Of a DNA stretch of 32,000 bases, positions 9,409-19,296 are shown piece by piece. Source of the DNA: Desulfocapsa sulfexigens DSM 10523 (GTDB taxonomy: Bacteria > Desulfobacterota > Desulfobulbia > Desulfobulbales > Desulfocapsaceae); contig NC_020304.1 of NCBI RefSeq assembly GCF_000341395.1, positions 210,001 to 242,000 on the forward strand, given 5' to 3'. Each line of letters begins with the position of its first letter. Positions within the stretch are counted from its first letter, which is position 1. A program made the position numbers and the translations under genes. Under the pieces are notes generated by a model that saw nothing but the letters and a program-made list of their open reading frames with translations, searched no databases and had not been told where the DNA came from.

Positions 9409-10251
9409 TCAGGGCAGTATCTGCCAATCCATGCCGATGTCACAGGAGGGGGCAGAATGGGTAAGCGCACCCACCGAAATAATATCAACCCCGGTGGCAG
9501 CAATACCCGCCACCGTATCCAGATTCACGCCGCCGGAGGCCTCAACCAGAGCCCTTCCATCAATCATGGCCACAGCCTGTTTCATGGTTTCAAGATCCAT
9601 ATTGTCGAGCATGATGATATCTGCATGGCACTCCAGACATTCACGCACCTGATCCAGAGTATCGGTTTCCACCTCAATCTTTATGGTGTGCGGAACCTTT
9701 TCCCGTAGTATCTGAACTGCCTGTGTCAGGGAACCACGGGCCGCAATATGGTTGTCTTTAATGAGCACACCATCACTGAGATTGAAACGATGATTATAGC
9801 CGCCCCCAACACGGACGGCATATTTCTCAAGCATACGCAGGCCCGGAGTGGTTTTGCGGGTATCGGTTATTCGTACGGGAAAGAGCTTTGTTTTTTCAAC
9901 AAAACGGGCTGTGAGGGTCGCGATGCCGGAAAGGCGCTGCAGCAGGTTTAAAGCGACGCGCTCTGCCTTAAGCAGATCGACCACAGGGCCAGACACCATA
10001 AGAAGAATATCCCCAGGGGAAACCACGCGTCCATCATTTACTGCCCCAGTACATTGAATTTCAGGATTCTGCAGCGAGAACACCTGCGCTGCCACGCTGT
10101 CTACTCCGGCAGCGACAAAAGATTCCCTGGCAACAAGACGGGCACAGCCCTGTTCGTCTTTCCCGAATAATGGCTCACTGCTCAGATCACCATTTCCGAT
10201 ATCCTCACGGAGAAATGATCTCAGCAGGCTGGTGAGCAGATCTTTATCCAA
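9409..10251 (-). CDS. nadC: Nicotinate-nucleotide pyrophosphorylase (carboxylating), quinolinate phosphoribosyltransferase
   Basis: LLRSFLREDIGNGDLSS, RLSGIATLT, TRKTTPGLRMLEKYAVRVGGGYNHRFNLSDGVLIKDNHI and IMLDNM motifs. Confidence 0.96.
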   Translation of the reverse strand: MDKDLLTSLLRSFLREDIGNGDLSSEPLFGKDEQGCARLVARESFVAAGVDSVAAQVFSLQNPEIQCTGAVNDGRVVSPGDILLMVSGPVVDLLKAERVALNLLQRLSGIATLTARFVEKTKLFPVRITDTRKTTPGLRMLEKYAVRVGGGYNHRFNLSDGVLIKDNHIAARGSLTQAVQILREKVPHTIKIEVETDTLDQVRECLECHADIIMLDNMDLETMKQAVAMIDGRALVEASGGVNLDTVAGIAATGVDIISVGALTHSAPSCDIGMDWQILP

Positions 10252-12907
10252 TTTCCGCGAGCCTCTTTTCAGCTTCAGCTATCTTAGCAAGCGTTGCCTC
10301 GAGCTCCGCACGTTTTCCCTCTTCCTTCGCAACAATCTCAGCTGGAGCATTGGCCAGAAATTTCTTGTTTCCAAGCTTGCCATTGATTTGTTTCAGGGAT
10401 TTTTCTATCTTGTTACGTTCACGCTCAAGCTTCTCTCGTTCTTTTTCCACATCAACCAGGCCTTTGAGCGGCACGTACATTTCGATGTCCTGATAAATAT
10501 AGGTGGCGGCATCGCTTGGTTTATCCCCTTCTGCTGCAACAGTTAATGATTCAAGCCGTGTCATTGAGGAGATGGCAGGGGAGAATGTTTCAATCAGTGT
10601 TCTTTTCTGAGAATCAGCGCAGAGCACAAAGGCGTCGATCTTGGCTGAAGGATGGACATCGGCTTCAGAACGAATATTCCGAATTCCGGTGATTACTCCC
10701 ATAAGGAGCTCCACCTGGTTCTCAACACTATCATTCTGCCAATCATGAACAACAGGAAAGTCGCTGGTCACAAGCATTGAGCGATCCCCCGGCAGTACAC
10801 TCCAGATTTCCTCGGTGACAAAGGGGGTAATGGGATGAATCAACTTAAGAATGGTCTCCAGAACGTACAGTAGAACGCCTCGTGCCTGATCACGCAGGGT
10901 TTCATCCTTGCTGAAAAGATCTGCCTTGCTCCACTCCAGATACCAGTCACAGAATTCATGCCACACAAACTGATAAATCACCGAAGCAGCGTCATTAAAA
11001 CGATATTCATCAAGCGCCCTGCGCACAGCTGCAGTGGTCTTCGCCGTTCTGCTTAATATCCATTGATGGATAAGAGGCAGGTCAGCTGGAGTGTTTACCA
11101 CCTCGGTGATTGAGGCGTCACATTCCTCAACATGCATCAGGGTAAAACGGGCGGCATTCCAGAGTTTATTGATAAAAAAACGATATCCCTCAATGCGTTC
11201 TTCATCGAGTTTTATCTCACGCCCCTGGGCCGCAAAAGCAGTGAGGGTAAAGCGCATGGCGTCGGTTCCATACTGTTCCATGATAACCAGCGGATCAATA
11301 ACGTTCCCTGTTGACTTGGACATCTTCTTTCCATGCTTGTCACGAACCAGAGCATGAAGATACACATCTTTAAAGGGTACCTCATCCTCCATAAAGTGAA
11401 GGCCGAACATCATCATCCTGGCCACCCAGAAAAAGAGGATATCAAAAGATGTTATCAGTACGGAGGTGGGATAAAACGTCTGCAATTCCTTGGTGTTTTC
11501 AGGCCATCCCATTGTGGAAAAAGGCCAGAGAGCCGAGGAAAACCAGGTATCTAGAACATCGGTTTCCTGCTCAATAGCAGAAGAACCACACTTGGAACAC
11601 TTCGTGGGATCAACGGTCTCCACCATTAACTCGCCACAGTCCTTGCAGGTCCAGGCAGGAATACGGTGTCCCCACCAGATCTGGCGGGAAATGCACCAGT
11701 CCCGAATATCTCCCATCCATGAATAGTAGGTGTTATACCAGGTTTTTGGATAGAGAGTGATGCGTCCATCGCGCACCGCAGAAACAGCCTTCTCGGCAAG
11801 AGGTTTCACCGAAACAAACCACTGCAGCGAGGTGGTGGGCTCCACTACCGTGGAACAGCGATAACACTGCCCTACGGCATGGTCGTAATCTTCAATTTCT
11901 TTAAGAAATCCCTGATTTTTCAGATCTTCTACGATCTTTTTCCTGCAATCAAACCTATCAAGCCCCTCATATTTTCCGGCCTTGGCATTCATATTGCCAA
12001 AATCATCCATTACCTTCAGGATAGGAAGAGAATGACGGAGACCAATTTCATAATCATCACGATCATGAGCAGGAGTTACTTTCAGGGCACCGGTTCCGAA
12101 ATCTTTCTGTACGTGGTGATCAAAGACAATGGGAATTGTTCGATCTGTGAGTGGCAGGTTAATCCCCACATCAGCAAGATGCGAATAGCGTTCGTCATCG
12201 GGATGAACTGCCACAGCAGTATCACCAAGCATGGTTTCCGGCCGTGTTGTTGCAACCACCACATGACCCGAGCCATCGGCAAAGGGATAACGGATATGAT
12301 AGAGTTTTCCCTTCTTGTCTTCATGCTCCACTTCATCATCAGCAAGTGCGGTGTGACAACGTGGGCACCAGTTTACAATATAGTCGCCCTTATAGATCAA
12401 GCCATCATTATAAAGCTTCACAAAGGCATCACGCACAGCGGTGGAAAGTCCTTCATCCATGGTGAAGCGTTCCCGCTCCCAGTCACAGGATGCACCCAGG
12501 CGTTTTAGCTGGTTGATGATGGTTCCACCTTTTTCTCTGCGCCACTCCCATACCCGCTCTATAAAAGCCTCTCGCCCCAGATCATGGCGTCCCTTGCCTT
12601 CTGTGGCAAGTTGTCGTTCGACTACATTCTGAGTTGCAATGCCCGCATGGTCAGTGCCGGGAACCCAGAGGGTGTTGTCGCCACACATTCGATGATAGCG
12701 CACCAGCACGTCCTGCATGGTATTGTTCAAGGCATGACCAACGTGCAGAACACCAGTCACATTCGGAGGTGGAATAACAACGGAAAACGATGGCTTACCC
12801 TCTTCCATCTTCGCTCTGAACGAACCGGCTTCTGCCCAACGTTCCAGCCACTTTTCTTCTACATTGTCATACTGATAACTTTTTGCCAGAGTCTTTTTAT
12901 CATTCAT
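10244..12907 (-). CDS. valS: Valyl-tRNA synthetase
   Basis: 887 aa; HVGHALN (HIGH box), GTDHAGIATQ, DVLDTWFSS, KMSKSTGNVIDP and C-terminal coiled coil. Its 3' end overlaps the nadC start by 8 nt. Confidence 0.98.
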   Translation of the reverse strand: MNDKKTLAKSYQYDNVEEKWLERWAEAGSFRAKMEEGKPSFSVVIPPPNVTGVLHVGHALNNTMQDVLVRYHRMCGDNTLWVPGTDHAGIATQNVVERQLATEGKGRHDLGREAFIERVWEWRREKGGTIINQLKRLGASCDWERERFTMDEGLSTAVRDAFVKLYNDGLIYKGDYIVNWCPRCHTALADDEVEHEDKKGKLYHIRYPFADGSGHVVVATTRPETMLGDTAVAVHPDDERYSHLADVGINLPLTDRTIPIVFDHHVQKDFGTGALKVTPAHDRDDYEIGLRHSLPILKVMDDFGNMNAKAGKYEGLDRFDCRKKIVEDLKNQGFLKEIEDYDHAVGQCYRCSTVVEPTTSLQWFVSVKPLAEKAVSAVRDGRITLYPKTWYNTYYSWMGDIRDWCISRQIWWGHRIPAWTCKDCGELMVETVDPTKCSKCGSSAIEQETDVLDTWFSSALWPFSTMGWPENTKELQTFYPTSVLITSFDILFFWVARMMMFGLHFMEDEVPFKDVYLHALVRDKHGKKMSKSTGNVIDPLVIMEQYGTDAMRFTLTAFAAQGREIKLDEERIEGYRFFINKLWNAARFTLMHVEECDASITEVVNTPADLPLIHQWILSRTAKTTAAVRRALDEYRFNDAASVIYQFVWHEFCDWYLEWSKADLFSKDETLRDQARGVLLYVLETILKLIHPITPFVTEEIWSVLPGDRSMLVTSDFPVVHDWQNDSVENQVELLMGVITGIRNIRSEADVHPSAKIDAFVLCADSQKRTLIETFSPAISSMTRLESLTVAAEGDKPSDAATYIYQDIEMYVPLKGLVDVEKEREKLERERNKIEKSLKQINGKLGNKKFLANAPAEIVAKEEGKRAELEATLAKIAEAEKRLAEIG

Positions 12908-12971
12908 ATCTTGTTAACAGCTATTAATTTATTGTAATTTTATTCAACAGTACACAGGTTAAACATTCGAG

Positions 12972-14066
12972 CTACAATCTTGCATTCCATGGCTTCGGCA
13001 GGAAAATCTGTTCATAAATACGCATGGCATAACGATCCGTCATCCCGGCAATAAAATCACAGACACGACGATGCGCCTGGTTCTCATTTTCCCAGGAGTC
13101 TGCTCCGAATGTTTCCCAGGAACTCCCATCAAACTGCCCCAGACCATTCTCCATAAAATAACCATAAAGATCACGTATAATTCGCTGTGCCTTCTCAAAC
13201 TCGTTATGCACTCTATAATAGCGGTATACGTTTTCATATAGAAACATTCGCAGATCAGTAATGGCACGGAGCATTTTTTTACTTATATGAAGCCTGCCGT
13301 CTGCCGCCTGGAGAGTCTCAATAATAAGATCCCTGACCATGGCCCCGGTTCTCTTTGAATGTCTCTCGCCAACCACCGCCCTGATATCTGCAGGCAGATC
13401 ATTCTCTTTGAGGATTCCAGCACGCAGTGCATCATCCATGTCATGATTTACGTAAGCCACGATATCAGCAACCCGCACAACCTGCCCTTCCAGAGTAGCT
13501 GGAAGTTCAGCATCATTCCTGGGGAAGATATCATTACGTCCCTTGGAGTGTTTGACGATCCCATTGCGCACCTCGAAGGTGAGATTCAAGCCCTGCTTCT
13601 CATTTTCCAGGAAATCCACCACCCGCAGACTGTGAATATAATGACGAAAACCTCCCGGATGCAATTCGTTCAGTGTTGCCTCTCCTGCATGCCCGAAGGG
13701 TGTGTGTCCCAGGTCATGTCCAAGTGCAATTGCCTCGGTCAACGGTCCGTTCAGGCAGAGTGCCGCAGCCATGGTTCTGGCAATCTGTGAGACTTCAAGA
13801 ACATGCGTAAGGCGCGTACGATAATGATCGCCAGCGGGTGCAAGAAAGACCTGGGTTTTATGTTTCAAACGACGAAATGTTTTCGAATGGGTTATACGAT
13901 CCCTATCCCGCTCAAAGGGCATACGGATATCACACTCATCATCTTTTTCGATCCGCATGCGTCCTGCAGTATTTTTATTGAGACACGCATAGGGGGAAAG
14001 AATTTCCTCTTCTCTGTCTTCCAGCTGCCGCCGGATAGACCTTCCTACAACCGGTGTGTATGCCAT
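12972..14066 (-). CDS. Deoxyguanosinetriphosphate triphosphohydrolase-like HD protein
   Basis: SKTFRRLKHKTQVF, YRTRLTHVLEVSQIARTMAAAL, ALGHDLGHTPFGHAGE and VADIVAYVNHDMDDA. Confidence 0.93.
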   Translation of the reverse strand: MAYTPVVGRSIRRQLEDREEEILSPYACLNKNTAGRMRIEKDDECDIRMPFERDRDRITHSKTFRRLKHKTQVFLAPAGDHYRTRLTHVLEVSQIARTMAAALCLNGPLTEAIALGHDLGHTPFGHAGEATLNELHPGGFRHYIHSLRVVDFLENEKQGLNLTFEVRNGIVKHSKGRNDIFPRNDAELPATLEGQVVRVADIVAYVNHDMDDALRAGILKENDLPADIRAVVGERHSKRTGAMVRDLIIETLQAADGRLHISKKMLRAITDLRMFLYENVYRYYRVHNEFEKAQRIIRDLYGYFMENGLGQFDGSSWETFGADSWENENQAHRRVCDFIAGMTDRYAMRIYEQIFLPKPWNARL

Positions 14067-14331
14067 GATTTATTCCAGGATTTTTCCAGATATGTGGTCA
14101 TTACAACATGTTTCTAGTTTTCTACACGCACTGTAAGTACACTGCAAGGTTTAACACACCTCGGTTCCAGGATTTTTTTTTGAGACCGATATCTGTCTCC
14201 TTTTTTTAAAAATAACTTCTCGTTTGTTTCTCAGTTTCTTATTATAGGATGCATTTATTAAAAATAATATTACATTGTTGCCAGTAAAATCATAGTGACA
14301 GGCACTATCATTAACACAACGGAGGAAGAAG

Positions 14332-15297
14332 ATGATTAGAAAAGTATTACCCCTGTTTTTTGCAGCCCTGCTTATGGTATGCAGCGGCCAGGCCATGGCC
14401 GGTGGCAGTCAAAACTATCCCAATGGCGCAGAAGCCTTTCTGGCAGGAGCAGTTCCTCCGCCCGGCTTCTACTTTCTTGACTACATGTATTACTACAATG
14501 CAGACACCATGAAAGATGACAACGGCGATGATATTGCCGCATTCGATGACGTGTCAGTGGTTGCCAACGTGTTCCGTTTTTTATGGATGAGCGACAAACA
14601 GATCCTTGGCGGAAATTATGGTATGCATGCCTTCCTGCCCATTCTCAGTACCGACCTCAGTTTTAATGCTCCGGTTGGCCCCGAATCTACAAATTCCTAC
14701 GATGACACCAATGTTCCCTATGTCATTTTCAGTCCTTTCATTCTTTCCTGGCATCTCCAGGAGGGGAAACTCCATCTCGTAACCTCTCTTGCCGATATCT
14801 ATATCCCAACCGGACAGGATGAGGGCAACATGGCATCCGTGGGTAAAAATTTCTGGACCATTGAACCGGTATTTGGCATCACCTATATGACAAATGGCTG
14901 GGAATTTTCAGGAAAATTCATGTATGACTTCAGCACCAGTCAGGACAACTACGCCACTGTTTACGGTTTCAATGTTGATCGCGATCCAGGCCAGGAATTT
15001 CATTTTGATTACTCAGCATCCTATGAAGTCAGCCCAGGCCTTCGTCTTGGCCTGAACGGTTACTACTATACCCAGACAACTGATGATTCATACGATATAG
15101 ACAGTTCTCTTCCCGCTCCCGTTCAAGCTCTGCTGCAGGAAGACGAAGGAAATCGTAGTGAGGTTTTTGCTGCGGGTCCAGGAATCTGGTACAATCATAA
15201 GAACATGTTTTTCTCTCTGAGAAATCAGTGGGAGATGGCTGCGAAAAACAAAACTGAAGGATATAACATCTGGGCAAAGTTCACCTATGCCTTTTAG
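14332..15297 (+). CDS. Outer-membrane transporter-like protein (Phenol_MetA_deg / SphA-like family)
   Basis: Signal peptide MIRKVLPLFFAALLMVCSGQAMA, PPPGFYFLDYMYYYNAD N-terminus, beta-barrel pattern, C-terminal NIWAKFTYAF. RBS GGAGGAAGAAG. Confidence 0.75.
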   Translation: MIRKVLPLFFAALLMVCSGQAMAGGSQNYPNGAEAFLAGAVPPPGFYFLDYMYYYNADTMKDDNGDDIAAFDDVSVVANVFRFLWMSDKQILGGNYGMHAFLPILSTDLSFNAPVGPESTNSYDDTNVPYVIFSPFILSWHLQEGKLHLVTSLADIYIPTGQDEGNMASVGKNFWTIEPVFGITYMTNGWEFSGKFMYDFSTSQDNYATVYGFNVDRDPGQEFHFDYSASYEVSPGLRLGLNGYYYTQTTDDSYDIDSSLPAPVQALLQEDEGNRSEVFAAGPGIWYNHKNMFFSLRNQWEMAAKNKTEGYNIWAKFTYAF

Positions 15298-15363
15298 TAG
15301 TTTAGAAATTCTTTTCAAGTTTTCTTGAAAACAATTTCCTGATTTTAAGTCATTTTTTACAGC

Positions 15364-15400
15364 AAAAGGCCACACGATTATTCGTGTGGCCTTTTGTTAT
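15364..15400. terminator. Strong, probably bidirectional Rho-independent terminator between convergent genes
   Basis: Perfect 13-bp stem AAAAGGCCACACG (15364-15376) / CGTGTGGCCTTTT (15383-15395), T-rich on the plus side and on the complement of the 5' A-run. Confidence 0.85.
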
Positions 15401-16596
15401 TTCCGCACCTGCCCGAGTAACTGCGCAAGGTGCAACACCTTCACATCACTCCCTGCTGCAGTCAGTCCCTGCTGCCATTGCATCAGGCAGCCCGAACAAG
15501 TCGTTGTAATTACATCTGGATCCAAGGCAAGAACATCCTCCACCAGCTGATCACGGATGCTTGCCGATATCTCAGGGTGTGCCACATGAAAAAGCCCCCC
15601 CTGACCGCAACATCTTGGCCCATCGGGAAGTTCAAGCACTTTTACTGTCCCCGTTTTTTGTAACTGCTGTCGCGCCCTGTCAACACCCTCTGCTCCATGA
15701 CGCAGATGACAGGGATCGTGGTAAAACACCCGGAGTCTCTGCTCCTTTTGAATAACATCCTGTTTATTTTCAGGATTTTGCTGCTCAAGAAATGTACTGA
15801 ATTCCACAACCCGTGCGGCCATATTCTCGGCTCGCAGCTGCCAGGCACCATCCTTTGCAAAAAGTTCCGGATAGGCTTTTAATTGAGCATAACAGGAAGC
15901 ACAGGAGACTAAAATCGGTCCCTCTGTCGTTTCCATTACTTCAATATTTTTTCGCCCACTTCTTCTAGCACCCTCAAGATCTCCCGCGGCAAGATCGGCA
16001 AGCCCACAACAGGCAAGCTCGTTGGGGTACTCCAGAGAAAATGTATTATCAGCCAGAATCGATCGGCAGGACTCAAGAATATCCGGAAAAAGATATCGTG
16101 CCGAGCACCCTGGGAACCAGCTGAGACTGGCGCCACCGGAAATTCCAGCCTGCTCCCGAGGTTCCCTCACCACCGAGAGCGCATCATCCTGAAACATTGC
16201 CAGGCGCAACCTGAGTCCGGAATCGCTGGGTAGCCTCTTACCAAGCAGTTTTCCACAGGCTTTTCCTAAAACACGAAAACCCGTCAAACTTCCGGGAAAA
16301 TCGAGAAGTTTACGGGCGAGATATTTTTCGTAAGCATGGGGGCCAGCCAGCACAGAGAAGCTCTCTCTTGCACTGACCAGCTCCTTAGGTATATCAATAT
16401 TTCTTGGGCAAACAGCGGCGCAGGCACCACAGAGGAGACAGGCAGAGAAAATATCCACAAAAAGAGTACTGCTTTTTTCAAGACCTAATGTATCTAAAAG
16501 GTGCAGCTTACCCCTTGCAGTATGTCCCTCTCTGCCACTTGTTCGAAAAACCGGACAGACCGTAGAACAGGCTCCGCATTTTGCACACTCTGACAA
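15397..16596 (-). CDS. Two-[4Fe-4S] ferredoxin-type Fe-S oxidoreductase with two CCG domains (GlcF/LutA/HdrD-like)
   Basis: CAKCGACSTVCPVF and CLLCGACAAVCPRNIDIP clusters; SWFPGC...CCGLA and YHDPCH...CCGQGG. TTG start 8 nt after the prfB stop. Confidence 0.85.
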   Translation of the reverse strand: MSECAKCGACSTVCPVFRTSGREGHTARGKLHLLDTLGLEKSSTLFVDIFSACLLCGACAAVCPRNIDIPKELVSARESFSVLAGPHAYEKYLARKLLDFPGSLTGFRVLGKACGKLLGKRLPSDSGLRLRLAMFQDDALSVVREPREQAGISGGASLSWFPGCSARYLFPDILESCRSILADNTFSLEYPNELACCGLADLAAGDLEGARRSGRKNIEVMETTEGPILVSCASCYAQLKAYPELFAKDGAWQLRAENMAARVVEFSTFLEQQNPENKQDVIQKEQRLRVFYHDPCHLRHGAEGVDRARQQLQKTGTVKVLELPDGPRCCGQGGLFHVAHPEISASIRDQLVEDVLALDPDVITTTCSGCLMQWQQGLTAAGSDVKVLHLAQLLGQVRK

Positions 16597-16604
16597 GGTT
16601 TTCC

Positions 16605-17715
16605 CTACTTGGCCCAGAGTAAATAGGCCTTAATAAACATATCCAGATTCCCATCAAGCACGGCATCCACGTTTCCCATCTCAACTTCTGTCCGATGGTC
16701 TTTAATCAGACGATAGGGCTGGAGCACGTAGGAGCGGATCTGACTTCCCCAGGAGATATCCTTCTTATCTCCATGCAGTCCCGCCTGCTGTTCCGCCTGC
16801 TTTTCCTTCTCCAGTTCATACAGGCGGGAAGCCAGCATTTTCATAGCCATATCCCTGTTTCTATGCTGGGAACGTTCATTTTGACACTGTACCACCACAC
16901 CACTGGGGATATGAGTGATGCGAATGGCAGAATCTGTTTTGTTAACATGCTGCCCGCCCGAGCCACTGGCCCGATAGGTGTCTACGCGCAGATCCTTCTC
17001 ATCGATATCGACGTCAATAGTATCGTCTAGCTCTGGCATAACCATAACCGAAGCAAAGGATGTATGACGTCTACCACTTGCATCAAAGGGTGAAATCCGG
17101 ACAAGACGATGGATACCAAGTTCCGAGCGCATATACCCGTATGCAAAACGTCCCTTGATTATAAAAGTCACACTCTTGGTGCCGGCCTCATCTCCCGCCA
17201 GTATATCCAAAATATCCGCCTTAAACCCTTTGGCTTCTGCCCAGCGAAGATACATCCGGAGCAAAATCCCAACCCAATCCTGAGCCTCGGTTCCTCCGGC
17301 TCCGGCATGAATCGAGATAATGGCATTGGAAGTATCGTGTTCACCGGAAAACATGCACTCGAGTTCTGCAACCTCAAGGGTTGTTTCCATATCGGGCAGA
17401 GACGCAGCCACTTCGTGCTCTGTATCGTAATCCTCTTCTTCAGCCGCCATTTCAAGGAGAAGGTCTGCCTCCTCGAGTAGAGCCCAGCGTCCCTCCCAAC
17501 CCTCTATCAGGTCCTGAAGTTTTCCAAGTTCCTTCTGAACCCTTTTAGCCGTATCAGCATCATCCCAAAACCCCGGCTGAAGGGTCTGCTGTTCCAAATT
17601 TTCAAGATCGTCCTTCCGTCGAGCTAAGTCAAAGATGCTCCTTCAAGGCCAGCATTCGACCTTTAAGATCCTGCAGTTTCTGTTTCGAAACCGCAGCTCC
17701 CGTTTCTGTTGACAT
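16605..17715 (-). CDS. prfB: Peptide chain release factor 2, expressed through programmed +1 frameshift
   Basis: Frame 0 (17715 to the TGA at 17631-17629) encodes MSTETGAAVSKQKLQDLKGRMLALKEHL-stop. The +1 frame continues DLARRKDDLENLEQQTLQPGFWDD...GGQHVNKTDSAIRITHIPSG. About 369 aa in total. Confidence 0.97.
17628..17643 (-). promoter_or_regulatory. prfB: prfB programmed +1 frameshift site
   Basis: Minus strand AAGGAG-CAT-CTT-TGA-C: internal SD-like AAGGAG, slippery CUU and in-frame UGA C. Confidence 0.96.
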
Positions 17716-17721
17716 GATTCC

Positions 17722-19296
17722 TTACTCCAATAAGTTATAATTTTTTATTTTTCGCCCAAGGGCAATCAGGCCACCCATACAGGCCAATACAAGGCACGCA
17801 GGAGCAAAAAGGTAGCCACCACGTACAAAAAAAGTGCGCTCATCCATTACAGCAACCTTCTCCGTTGCCTGCCATGGAACAAACAGAGGGGACACCTGCT
17901 GCACACGTCCCATGGGATCAATAAATCCGGAAAACCCAGTGTTGGCAGAGCGCACAATGGAGCGCCGTGTTTCAACCGCCCGTAATCTGGTCATAGCCAG
18001 CGTCTGATAAGGAGCACTGGAATTCCCGTACCAGGCATCATTTGTCATGTTGACCAGGAGACTGGCACCGGCATCCACCCATTTTCTGGAAATATCTCCG
18101 AAGATAGATTCGAAGCAGATTAATACTCCAATCCGCGTCGTCTTACAAGCAGGAGGATTACGAATTTCTCCAGGAGTAAAATCCCCCACAGCTTCTACCA
18201 GTGGAGCAATAAACGGCAGGAATCGCTTAAAAGGCACATACTCTCCAAAGGGAACCAGATGACTTTTGGAAGTGCGAGCAATGATCTCACCACTGATGTC
18301 AAAAAGAAGGCTTGAGTTGAAAAGCTGATACTTCTCTTCCTCACCTTCCACTTCCTCGTACCAGGGCGATCCGGCCAGAAGCATTACCTGCTCATCAATT
18401 ATAAAACGCCTGATGGGTGTCAGAAGAGGATGATTACGCGGAAAAAAAGGCAGCGCGGTCTCGGGCCAGACAATAAGATCAGGCCGGAGGAAATCACTTC
18501 TCGTCCCCCTCATCAGCTGCAGACTCTGGCCGATATAGCCCTGAACTGTCCGTACCTTCACAGCCGGATCCCATTTCTGCCCCTGAGCAACATTCCCTTG
18601 AATCACTGCGACATTGAGAGTTTCAGCCTGAATAAGATTTTTTTTGACCTGCTGCCAGCGCCAACCGGAGTACAAAAGAGTGGCAACACATAGCACACAG
18701 ACGGGAGCCGCCAGTCGCACAGCCATTCGCATGTCTGTGCGATTAAGGAGAGCAAGAGCAAAAAGGCCGTTAAGCTGTACAATGAGAAAGGTCAGTCCGT
18801 AGTGGCCCCACAGATCCGCTGACTGGAACAGAATTGGTAGACCAGCGACCCCGTAGCCAAGATCCATCCAGGGAAAGCCGGAAAAGAAAAAGGAACGAAG
18901 AAAATCCAGGGCAACCCAGGCCACCGGAAGCAACCATATGGAGACGGCGGCTGGGAAACGGTGTACAAAGAGGCGAGTGAGCAGCACAAAAGCAACAAGA
19001 TACGCCGTCATGTAAAGACAGAGCAGCAGCAGGGCTGGAACAGAAAAAAACAGCGGTAAACCACCATACTGTCCCAATACAAAAACTATCCAGTAGAGCA
19101 GAATAAGAAAATGACCAATCCCCGTCAGCAGGGCACAGAAGAGAGCCTGTTTCCTGCTCGCCCTGAAGACATACACAAAAAAAGGAACACAGGAGACAGC
19201 AAGCAGAGGCCAGGCACCGAGGCCAAGGGCCAGCCAGAGTAAAAGGACTGTAGCACCACTCACCAGTAGTGTTGCACCGGTGGAAGATCCTTTCAT
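17722..19296 (-). CDS. lnt: Apolipoprotein N-acyltransferase
   Basis: Multi-TM N-terminus plus nitrilase-like domain: IVWPETALPFF, VPFGEYVPFKRFLPF, GVLICFESIFGDISR (catalytic Cys), NMTNDAWYG. Confidence 0.95.
   Translation of the reverse strand: MKGSSTGATLLVSGATVLLLWLALGLGAWPLLAVSCVPFFVYVFRASRKQALFCALLTGIGHFLILLYWIVFVLGQYGGLPLFFSVPALLLLCLYMTAYLVAFVLLTRLFVHRFPAAVSIWLLPVAWVALDFLRSFFFSGFPWMDLGYGVAGLPILFQSADLWGHYGLTFLIVQLNGLFALALLNRTDMRMAVRLAAPVCVLCVATLLYSGWRWQQVKKNLIQAETLNVAVIQGNVAQGQKWDPAVKVRTVQGYIGQSLQLMRGTRSDFLRPDLIVWPETALPFFPRNHPLLTPIRRFIIDEQVMLLAGSPWYEEVEGEEEKYQLFNSSLLFDISGEIIARTSKSHLVPFGEYVPFKRFLPFIAPLVEAVGDFTPGEIRNPPACKTTRIGVLICFESIFGDISRKWVDAGASLLVNMTNDAWYGNSSAPYQTLAMTRLRAVETRRSIVRSANTGFSGFIDPMGRVQQVSPLFVPWQATEKVAVMDERTFFVRGGYLFAPACLVLACMGGLIALGRKIKNYNLLE

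Noticed and set aside
11879-12508. 209-aa plus-strand ORF
   Set aside because: Antisense to valS, which has full motif support; no recognisable domain or RBS.
13359-13790. 143-aa plus-strand ORF
   Set aside because: Antisense to the dGTPase-like gene; no domain signature.
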